DNA of 63,507 nucleotides, filler included, from Octopus bimaculoides (lineage: Eukaryota): NCBI RefSeq assembly GCF_001194135.2. It is 5 parts of 4 records of this genome, joined end to end, with 100 filler letters (N's around TTAATTAATTAA, not from the genome) between each part and the next. Parts side by side here need not be neighbours in the genome. Positions count along the whole stretch, not along the records: positions 52,337 to 60,398 come from NC_068984.1; positions 60,499 to 63,507 come from NC_068986.1; 3 more parts are not named here. The stretch is one strand, 5' to 3'. The position numbers and the translations under genes are program-made. Shown one piece after another: positions 53,491 through 63,507 of the stretch. Numbering within the stretch: position 1 is the stretch's first letter; the number at the start of each line of letters is the position of its first letter. Below the pieces are notes generated by a model. That model had not been told where the DNA came from. It saw only the letters and a program-made list of their open reading frames with translations, and ran no database searches.

Positions 53491-55618
53491 AAAGAAACAA
53501 ACAAACAAAGAAAATAAGGAACCTCATTTCTTTGTTGGCAAAGAATTTCTATAGACTGTAGAACGGCATCAGCCGTGTTTTGTTTTATTTTCCTGAAAAA
53601 GAAAATAGGATTAAAAAAAGAGAAAAGCTGGAGATTCATAGAAAGGCCGTTTTGTTGTTTGTTTTGTTTTGTTCTTTTATCTATTCTTGGCTAGCGCCGT
53701 CTCTAAGCTGGTTTCTCACCTCGTTTACACAACACCTGCCTCGAAGAAAAGCCCTGCGTTTCTCTTGATTTAATGGCATAGCCAGAGTAGGAAGGGTAGT
53801 ATTTATGATCCCTTTTAGGGCTCCTCCCCCACCCAAACTGGTGAGGTGGAAGAAGATGGGGGAGTTCGCCTCAAACAGGAGACCTATCCCGAAAGCTTGT
53901 AACAATGTGGTGTTTGTTAAAGAGGAGAGAGAGTGTAGTTGAAGAGAGAAACGGATTAAGTATATAACCCTAGAAAAAAGAAAGTCTCACCGTCAGGCCT
54001 CCGGATAGTTTCCGTCTAGCAAATGTCACTCATAAGGCCGAGGTTAGGAGAGATGATCCTCTTCGCCCACTATTCTATTCTATTACACTGTCACTCCTCC
54101 TCCCTCACTCCCCCTCCCTTGCTCACGTGGCTCCCACGTGACCATCGCACATCTTTCTTTCTTCTCCTAACTTGTGTTTCTTTCTTTCTCCCCGTTGTAG
54201 CTGGAACAAGGAAGACGTGTTCTTGTCTGCCTCCTGTCCAAGCTTAATTTACGCTTTCGCCACCACAACCTCGTTTAGGCTTAGCAGCCCTTCCTGTTTG
54301 TTTTCACTGTCCTGTTTGCGTTACCAATTTTCACCCTCTGCAAAATCACAAATTTTATTTAATTTGCTTTGCAGGAGCAACTGTTTTATCGAAAGCGTAT
54401 ATTGTTGTTAAATGCTCGAAATACGAGACTAGAAAAACAGCCAACAACTGATGAAGGGTCGTTCTTTGTGTTGTTTGTTTTGTTTTCCATTTGTGTGTTN
54501 NNNNNNNNNNNNNNNNNNNNNNNNNNNNNNNNNNNNNNNNNNNNNNNNNNNNNNNNNNNNNNNNNNNNNNNNNNNNNNNNNNNNNNNNNNNNNNNNNNNN
54601 NNNNNNNNNNNNNNNNNNNNNNNNNNNNNNNNNNNNNNNNNNNNNNNNNNNNNNNNNNNNNNNNNNNNNNNNNNNNNNNNNNNNNNNNNNNNNNNNNNNN
54701 NNNNNNNNNNNNNNNNNNNNNNNNNNNNNNNNNNNNNNNNNNNNNNNNNNNNNNNNNNNNNNNNNNNNNNNNNNNNNNNNNNNNNNNNNNNNNNNNNNNN
54801 NNNNNNNNNNNNNNNNNNNNNNNNNNNNNNNNNNNNNNNNNNNNNNNNNNNNNNNNNNNNNNNNNNNNNNNNNNNNNNNNNNNNNNNNNNNNNNNNNNNN
54901 NNNNNNNNNNNNNNNNNNNNNNNNNNNNNNNNNNNNNNNNNNNNNNNNNNNNNNNNNNNNNNNNNNNNNNNNNNNNNNNNNNNNNNNNNNNNNNNNNNNN
55001 NNNNNNNNNNNNNNNNNNNNNNNNNNNNNNNNNNNNNNNNNNNNNNNNNNNNNNNNNNNNNCTGTGTTTGCATTTATGTATTTATTTATAACGAATAAGG
55101 CCGCCACAGAAAACAGTACGTCCTTCTAAAACCGTAATAACCATTAGTTCATTTATACTCTCCTGTCGCCATACCTTGGCATATACTCTCCTAAACATAC
55201 CTTGGCATCCTGTCATGTCTGTACGCGTTTTATCCAGTTATTACGAAAGGCCACCAAAGAAACTAAATCGTCTTCGCTCTCCTCAAATATACTTCACTTC
55301 AATTTAATTGCTAATTTTATTACAATTTTCTTCTTTTTTTAGTATTCATGGTGTTTAGACTCCATTAAATTCAGCTTTTTATGGACATAGTTATTTCAGG
55401 CGAGATTTCGCTCTCATTGGTCTAAAACTAGTCTGCTTTGCCTGACACACTAAATCTAACCCAATCGAAAAGTTTTTCCAGCGCCAAATGTTTGGCATAC
55501 CATTCTGTAATTGTTCTTCTATCTTATGCTTGGCTTTATCTTCTCTGGCAAGATGTGTGTGCGTGTGCGTATCTGTGTTCGGGTCTGTGAGCGTGTGTGT
55601 GAGTGAGCAAATATACAT

Positions 55619-55671
<53 letters not shown>

Positions 55672-55746
55672 NNNNNNNNNNNNNNNNNNNNNNNNNNNNN
55701 NNNNNNNNNNNNNNNNNNNNNNNNNNNNNNNNNNNNNNNNNNNNNN

Positions 55747-55779
<33 letters not shown>

Positions 55780-55781
<2 letters not shown>

Positions 55782-55975
55782 GCATATCTTCCGGCGGTTC
55801 GTTACGTTCTGAGTTCAAATTCCTTCGAGGTCGAGTTTGCCTCTCATCCTTTCGAGGGCGATGAAATAAGTACCAGTGGGGTACTGGGGTCGATGTAATC
55901 GACTACCCCTCCCCCAAATTCCAGGCCTTGTGCCTATAATAGAATGGATTCTTCTTATTATTATTGTTGTTGTTG
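55780..55975 (+). mobile_element. SINE family B with (ATT/GTT)n tail
   Basis: Core and tail present. The head is lost next to a gap. Confidence 0.8.
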
Positions 55976-56002
55976 TTATGAACAGGGATCGGGGCAACAG
56001 TG

Positions 56003-56157
56003 GATATATACAACGGGCTTCTTTCAGTTTCCGTCTACCAAATCCACTCACAAGGCTTTGGTCGACCGGAGGCTATAGTAGAAGACACTTGCGCAAGGTG
56101 CCACGCAGTGACATTGAACCGGGAACTATGTGGTTGGGAAACAAGCTACTTACCACA
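56003..56157 (-). mobile_element. SINE family A 5' half
   Basis: Reverse complement of 25668-25825. Confidence 0.85.
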
Positions 56158-56177
56158 TATACATACATACAAAAATG

Positions 56178-56282
56178 CCCTGTTGTTGATGTTGAAATTC
56201 CAATGAAGGAACCTTTGATCTAGGTTAGAAACCGGTTCTTTCTCTGTTGGCAAGAAATCTTGAAATAAACTGAATAATGACA
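56178..56282 (+). repeat. Short dispersed repeat family C
   Basis: Homologous to 24066-24175 and embedded in (CATA)n. Confidence 0.8.
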
Positions 56283-56335
56283 TACATACATACAGACAGA
56301 CTGACCGACACCGACTGATAGATACATAGACTGAC

Positions 56336-56384
<49 letters not shown>

Positions 56385-57104
56385 CATACATACATACATA
56401 CATACATACATACATACATACATACATACATACATACATACATACATACATACGAAGAATTTTGTAGAATCGTTACAGCGTCGGGATTTCTGCTTCTTTA
56501 CGTTCAAAGTTCAAATATCGCTGACATCAACTACGCCTTTTACAGTTGATAAAAGGATCTTTTCGGCTGCTATCACAGATTTCGTATTTTTTCAATTCTC
56601 TTCCAGTTGTTTTCAAATTTAATTATACCGATTTAGTTTTGGACGCTAATTATGAAAATGATATTCCTTTTTGCCATAAATTAATAAATAAAAAGTTAAT
56701 AGCTTTTAAAGTTTAAAAATATTGGGTGAGTTTAGCCAATCGAATGCCACCTTTTATACACGTGACCGTAAATCTCGCAGTGATGTCTATTTCCATAATA
56801 ACAAGCAAAACTCTAGTCTACCCTGTATTGATTGTAACAAGGACGCTGTCCTTGCATGAATGACACTTTCACCGCTACAACCAACACTAAAAGCTTTGAC
56901 GCGAATCATTTTTGTCACAGCAAGCTATCACGCAGAAAGTGCTAACTTCTGATCCCTGTTTTCTGATTGGCTAAAAATGATCAAACTTTGAACCTTTGTA
57001 ACAGATTTCAAAGTAATTTTTTATGGAATAAATGAAATCCAAATTTGGATTCAGTGTGAAAAATTGCACTAATATCTCAAATTTATAACTAGTCTCTTCA
57101 TTTT

Positions 57105-57416
57105 AAAATTTCCAATTCCTTGACAGAAACCGAAAAGATCCGATAAAATAAAGTACCAGTCAAGTTCTGAGATTGGTAGACACCAATTCCCTCAAAATCC
57201 TTATCCTTGTGCCTAAGCAGAATCGTTAGCACGTAAGGCAAAGTGCTTAGCGGCATTTCGACCGTCTGACGTTCTGAGTTCAAATTCCACCGAGGTCGAC
57301 TTTGCCTTTCATCCTTTCGGGGTTGATAAAAATAAGTACCAGTGAAACACTGGGGTCGATGTAATCGACTAGTCCCCTCCCCTCATATTTCAGGCCTTGT
57401 GCCTTAAGTAGAAAGG

Positions 57417-57486
<70 letters not shown>
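57105..57486 (+). mobile_element. Two tandem family B SINEs, the second with an (ATT)n tail
   Basis: A degenerate 3' part is directly followed by a well-preserved copy from 57217. Confidence 0.75.
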
Positions 57487-57487
<1 letters not shown>

Positions 57488-58604
57488 CACTATCATTTGA
57501 TGATTCTATTTATAAATTTGCACTCGTTTGCCTTCTTTTTTTAAAATATGGAAAATAGTCCTGTCTTGAATAAGTTAATATTTGTCATTCTGGATATTTT
57601 TAGAGACCCATTGTCGGCTGTTCTTTTTATAGCTCTCCCCCTCCCTCCCTGTCTTTCCCCCTCTCTCCTGCATTCTCTCTCTCCCTCTCTCCTACCAATA
57701 TCAGCAACACATGTCTAACTCTGCAGTCTTTCCTTCAGCCATCTGCTCCACATCTCTCTCTACCTTTTCGCCTGATCGTCGGCCGCCATTGTTTGCCATC
57801 TGCATTTTTACTCCATACGATGTCGACTCCCACCCCACCCCCTACCAACCTCCGCTACCAGCTGAGGTATTTTCCCTCAACCTTATTGTTTTATCTGATA
57901 GGTTTGTTATTTCAGCGCTAGTGCTGTTGTTGTTGCTGCTGGTGTTGTTCTGTTTTGTTTTCTTTTTTTTTTTTTCATGTTACTCTGCAATAAAAAGAAC
58001 AGGTTTTATTTTTAATGTATAAACCAACAATGGATCCATCACGTGGTCGTTCGTCATAACAGCCTAATCTTCCCTCAAATCGCACTTCTATAATCTTGAA
58101 AAGAGAGAAAAACACATACTAAAATGCTAATCAGTAGCATGGCTGGAGTGGGGGTGGGGGCAACGAGAGAGCCATCGGCCCCGGGGGAAGCTTCAATGGA
58201 GGCTGCACGTTTGAGTTTGCTGTGTAATAAAATAAACCTGCAAAAGCTTATACACCAATGAGATGCAGTAGACTCAAGCCCCGCCCCACACCTGGAGCGG
58301 CATACATTCTGGCCACGTCACTGCTGCTGGTACCCGATATACAAAAAGATGTGATGGTCACGGCTGGACTTCTTTTTGATCATAGTTCTGCTGGATCTGA
58401 TTTGACCACGGCTAAACAAGAGATCCTCTCGTGATGGTGATGGATGGTATACCTTTAATCAAGCATCTACAAGATCATGGCTGACCAAGGGCTAAATGAT
58501 AAAACAGCCTCTACAGGATGGTCAGGAGTGGAATAGCTTGCACCATAGATCTACTTGAGCAGATTCAACCCAAACTTACTGATATGTGACGCGCGTGACC
58601 TGAC

Positions 58605-58700
58605 AGTGGGGTTGTTAGGTGCAAGATCATAAAGTCGAGGTTTCGATTCCCGGAGCAAGTAGTGTGTTTAATCCTTGATCAAGGTATTTCAGTCTACGCT
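58605..58700 (+). mobile_element. Diverged tRNA-like SINE head (another family)
   Basis: B-box GGTTTCGATTCCC followed by GTGTGTTTAATCCTTGATCAAGGTA. Confidence 0.4.
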
Positions 58701-59477
58701 AATACAGTGTGAAATTAGAACCAGCAGCAGCTGAGGGTTGATCGTGCGACGGACTGTCATCTCGTCCACTGGAAGAACCTTTAAATCTCAATCCTTTATA
58801 CGCAATGGAAACCGAAATAAGTTCGGACCTAATGAACGTTTAGAATCGAAACAGACTTTTACTTTTAAAACAGCCATTTATGTATCATAATGAATGCAAA
58901 CACATCGTTATAAGTAAAAAAAAAAAAAAAAAANNNNNNNNNNNNNNNNNNNNNNNNNNNNNNNNNNNNNNNNNNNNNNNNNNNNNNNNNNNNNNNNNNN
59001 NNNNNNNNNNNNNNNNNNNNNNNNNNNNNNNNNNNNNNNNNNNNNNNNNNNNNNNNNNNNNNNNNNNNNNNNNNNNNNNNNNNNNNNNNNNNNNNNNNNN
59101 NNNNNNNNNNNNNNNNNNNNNNNNNNNNNNNNNNNNNNNNNNNNNNNNNNNNNNNNNNNNNNNNNNNNNNNNNNNNNNNNNNNNNNNNNNNNNNNNNNNN
59201 NNNNNNNNNNNNNNNNNNNNNNNNNNNNNNNNNNNNNNNNNNNNNNNNNNNNNNNNNNNNNNNNNNNNNNNNNNNNNNNNNNNNNNNNNNNNNNNNNNNN
59301 NNNNNNNNNNNNNNNNNNNNNNNNNNNNNNNNNNNNNNNNNNNNNNNNNNNNNNNNNNNNNNNNNNNNNNNNNNNNNNNNNNNNNNNNGATTTTTCAGAG
59401 AAATAAAACATTCAAACCAGGTAAAAATTCTTTTATTTTAAATATATTTTTTAAAAACTCTTTACCATAATTAGAAC

Positions 59478-59830
59478 ATGCGTGGTTGTGTGGTAAGAAG
59501 TTCGCTTCCCAAACACATGGTTTCAGGTTCAATCTCATTGCATGGCATATTGAGCGTCTTCAACTATAGCCCCGGGCCGACCAAAGCTTTGTGAGTAGAT
59601 TTGGTAGACAGAAACTGAAAGAAGCCCATTGTATACGTGTGTGTGTGTGTGTGTGTCCGCAGCTTGACAATCGGTATTGGTGTGTTTATGTCCACGTAAC
59701 TTAGCAATTCGGCAAGAGACACCGATAGAATAAGTACTGGGATTTCAAAAATATTATAAGTACGATTAAAAATTTTTCAATTGGGTGCCCCAGCATGGCT
59801 GCACTCTAATGACTGAAGCAAGCAAAAGAT
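59478..59830 (+). mobile_element. SINE family A, diverged full length
   Basis: Both halves present, with an internal (TG)n. Confidence 0.8.
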
Positions 59831-60398
59831 TTTAAAAATTAATACGACTTTGTGTTGCTAATGAAAAGTAGAAACATGACTGATGATGTGCCAAGGTCCG
59901 ACATAAATTAATAATTGCCATAAAACTTAACATAATGAGCAAGCAGAGTGACGAACGCTCAGAAATATCTCAAAAGGATCACATCCTGGATGGGAGGGGA
60001 CAAGAAAATATCGCAGATGAACCAGTTGGCGAAATTAACTTCTGTTTATTTAAAACAATCTTCTTCTTCTTCTTCGTTTTCGTCTTCTTCGTCTTCGTCT
60101 TCTTCTTCTTCTTCTTCTTCTTCTTCTCCCTCTCTCTCTCTCTCTCACCCCAGTCAACATATGAAGGGATCATTTGTAAAATCTACTTTTGGTGAATGGG
60201 GGCGCCGGGCTATAAAATGTTGTGAACCACTGAGGTAGATGAAAGACTCACTCAGAGATTACTGCTTTAATTACTTTAATTAATATCGCAGACCAACAAT
60301 GGTGATTCTGGCAAAATCGTTAGGACGCTGGCAAATATTGCTGAGCGCAGGGTTTTCTTGCGATTCTTTACGCCCCGAGTTCAAATTCGGCAACGGTC

Positions 60399-60498
60399 NN
60401 NNNNNNNNNNNNNNNNNNNNNNNNNNNNNNNNNNNNNNNNNNTTAATTAATTAANNNNNNNNNNNNNNNNNNNNNNNNNNNNNNNNNNNNNNNNNNNN
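60399..60498. other. Synthetic assembly spacer N44-TTAATTAATTAA-N44
   Basis: Same 100-bp structure. Confidence 0.95.
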
Positions 60499-60687
60499 AC
60501 ACCAGGACTTACAAATATATATAACATACAAAAATTGCACTACTGGGTACTGCACACATTCTACGCAAAACACTTTCAATACAGTAAACATAAGAGCACC
60601 ACAGCAAACCACAGCACATACCCAAGGCGCACAGAGCTGCGCTCGGTAGTGAAGTGAAAGCATTTTATAAAAATGAAACTACTGAAC
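60499..60687 (+). mobile_element. R4/Dong-type LINE 3' end followed by (AAT)n
   Basis: Nearly identical (a few percent different) to 62119-62310. Confidence 0.85.
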
Positions 60688-60743
<56 letters not shown>

Positions 60744-60747
60744 CAAC

Positions 60748-61310
60748 AGTGGATCCTTGCTTGCAGCTGTTAGAATTAACAACATAATAACTACTGAAGA
60801 TGTGATGCACCCACAAACATTTAAGAAACAAGATGAAGAAGAAAGTGTAAGCAACTAGAACATGAAACCAATCGGAGATGGCTAAGAAAAAGTTATCTGA
60901 AAGGATGCACTGAGGCACTGAGATGCAACGCCTAGGAACAAGCTCTGAGAACAAATTACACAAAGTTCCCAATAGATAAATGTAGCGAATCGCCCCTTTG
61001 TAGGATGTGTGACAGAAGAACTGAAACAATTTCACATATTGTGAGTGAGTGTAGCAAGCTGGCCCAAAAGAATTTCAAAAGGAGTTACGATAAGGTGACT
61101 AAGTTCGTCCTCAGGTTCATTGGGAACTATCCATAAAGATTTGTACAAACAGATAGAGGAAATAGGCATGAAACCCAGTTTAGTACAGCTCCAGAAAACA
61201 TTGTTACTAGGGACAGCTAGGATACTTAGGAAGGTTCTTGGCACCTAAATTTACTTGGTGTAGACCGAGGTTAGGATTTTTTCCCTCCCAACATTCCAAT
61301 ATGAATATGA
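60748..61310 (+). mobile_element. Older R4/Dong-type fragment (CCHC knuckle and C-terminus, internally deleted)
   Basis: EQALRTNYTKFPIDKCSESPLCRMCDRRTETISHIVSECSKLAQK and LQKTLLLGTARILRKVL. Confidence 0.85.
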
Positions 61311-61435
61311 TAATAATTATTCTTTCTACTGAAGGTACAATGGAAAAAGGGTTAGTCTGTTATATGATCTCCGGTACTCAATTCTAATTGCGTATTGCTT
61401 GCGTATTGCTCTAAAAATGGAACTAAGCTAAATCC

Positions 61436-61481
<46 letters not shown>

Positions 61482-61487
61482 CAAATG

Positions 61488-61553
<66 letters not shown>

Positions 61554-61568
61554 TTAATAATAATAATT

Positions 61569-62310
61569 ATCTCTGGCTGCCCAGTCCTGGCTAAGAAGGA
61601 ATATATTCACAGACACGACAGAGCTGGGATCTATATACTCTGGAAGCTATGCCAACACTATGGAATAACAACAGAATAAAGATGGTATAAACACACGCCA
61701 GAAAAGGTCACAGAAAACGAGAAAGCAACCATACTCTGGGATATGCCAATANNNNNNNNNNNNNNNNNNNNNNNNNNNNNNNNNNNNNNNNNNNNNNNNN
61801 NNNNNNNNNNNNNNNNNNNNNNNNNNNNNNNNNNNNNNNNNNNNNNNNNNNNNNNNNNNNNNNNNNNNNNNNNNNNNNNNNNNNNNNNNNNNNNNNNNNN
61901 NNNNNNNNNNNNNNNNNNNNNNNNNNNNNNNNNNNNNNNNNNNNNNNNNNNNNNNNNNNNNNNNNNNNNNNNNNNNNNNNNNNNNNNNNNNNNNNNNNNN
62001 NNNNNNNNNNNNNNNNNNNNNNNNNNNNNNNNNNNNNNNNNNNNNNNNNNNNNNNNNNNNCCTATCATAGTAGGTGCCTTAGGTATAATAAAAAAATATT
62101 CAGACAAATACATAACAAAAACACCAGGACTTACAAATATATATAACATACAGAAAATTGCACTACTGGGTACTACACACATTCTACGCAAAACACTTTA
62201 AATACAGTAAACATAAGAGCACCACAGCAAACCACAGCACATACCCAAGGCGCACAGAGCTGCGCTCGGTAGTGAAGTGAAAGCACGTTATAAAAATAAA
62301 ACTACTGAAC
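61569..62310 (+). mobile_element. 5'-truncated R4/Dong-type LINE flanked by (TAA)n on both sides (internal N gap)
   Basis: ISGCPVLAKKEYIHRHDRAGIYILWKLC...ILWDMPI and PIIVGALG...QKIALLGTTHILRKTL*. Confidence 0.9.
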
Positions 62311-63507
62311 AATAATAATAATAGTAATAATACTAATAATAATAGCAATAACAACAACAACAACAACAACAACAACAATAACAATAATAATAATAATAAA
62401 AATAATAACCATTTTTATTAACATAGCTACGAGGATGGAACTTGAGGACATTGAAAAGATGATTACATCGAGATCAGCGCCTGAATGGCAATGTATTTCA
62501 TTGACCCGCGAACGCTAAAACGTTTCTTTTTTCTTTTACAACAAAATCAAAGTGATAAAAGGTAATATTTAGAAATTATAATTTCTGAACACATGTGAAC
62601 GTTTCTGTGTATGAGGCGGATAACTTCCACACATACTTTGTATGACACTTCGTAGTTGTGTTGATGCGTATATGCGCGTATGTGAGTCTCCCTCTCTCCC
62701 TATANNNNNNNNNNTATATATTTATGCATACATATACATAATATGTGTGTGTACGTGTGTAGAATCTCACATATATATGTAAGGTGTGGGGTAGATATGC
62801 GTTTCTTTAACGCAGAATTATTTTGGTAAATATATGAAGTCAAATAAAATGGAAGATAAATCAATCAAAATCTGACACGTTAAGAACAGCAACAACAAAA
62901 AACAACAACAATAACAACAACAACAATAGCAACAACAACACTAACATGTACAAGCACTTGGTTGTAGTGTGATGGCAAGTGATGGAAAATGGGCCTTGCG
63001 GGGGCAACTGTGTTTCTTGTCTAAATAGACAGGGTCATTAACTATGTGATGTAGTATGCACCCCTACTCACGCACACACACACACACACACACGCACACA
63101 ACAAACACAAACAACAACCTCCTTCACACAGGCGCACAAACACAGAAACATCCACTCACATGCAGACAGACAGTCAGAGAGAGAGAGAGAGACAATTACA
63201 CACAAACGAATGAACGTATCCATTAACGTTGAGAAACGCAATACAATACATGAACACAGAAGGATATGCACACAATTTCTTATATATATATATTCTCTTT
63301 TATCAGTTTCAGCTCAAAGCTGTGGCCATGCTGGTGCACCGTCTTATTGCTACACTGTTATTTTTGAGAGCCTCCTCCAATACGTAGCATTTGGTGAATG
63401 AGGGAGTTTGATGTTGCTACCCTCATTTGCACCTCCTGTCGCTAATACATATATATATATGCGTGTGTGTGTGTGTGTGTGTGCATATATATATATATAT
63501 ATATATA

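Noticed and set aside
54448-54470. CTGATGAAGGGTC resembling a PLE hammerhead start
   Set aside because: No GAAA or stems follow.
60199-60240. GGGCGCC-GGGC-TATAAAA as BRE plus TATA core promoter
   Set aside because: The BRE is offset from the TATA and there is no downstream gene evidence.

Overview
AT-rich, gap-ridden animal genomic DNA. The repeat landscape (tRNA-head SINEs, Penelope-like elements, dense TA/CA/CATA/GATA/TAA microsatellites) looks like a coleoid cephalopod, probably Octopus; this is inferred from recall, not from a search. Four identical 100-bp spacers (N44-TTAATTAATTAA-N44 at 27690, 44202, 52237, 60399) split the window into five computationally joined pieces, so adjacency across them is not direct evidence. 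No host protein-coding gene is recognisable, and most ORF-track entries are microsatellite or N-gap translations. Manual translation shows decayed mobile elements: three Penelope-like (PLE) copies (one near full length with RT and GIY-YIG), two L1/Tx1-type ORF2 fragments and a probable matching 3' end, six R4/Dong-type fragments, an RTE fragment, a Helitron Rep-Hel remnant, a Helentron-type non-autonomous element, mariner/Tc1 ends, MITEs and many SINEs. The main signal is a set of minimal type-I hammerhead-ribozyme motifs from at least five unrelated repeat families, most with self-complementary stem III. One is essentially intact (13768-13809) and one sits in a ~310-bp foldback (41308-41617). 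Secondary signals are apparent microsatellite-specific targeting by different retroelement families, a SINE/LINE shared tail, and a candidate 24-nt microexon.
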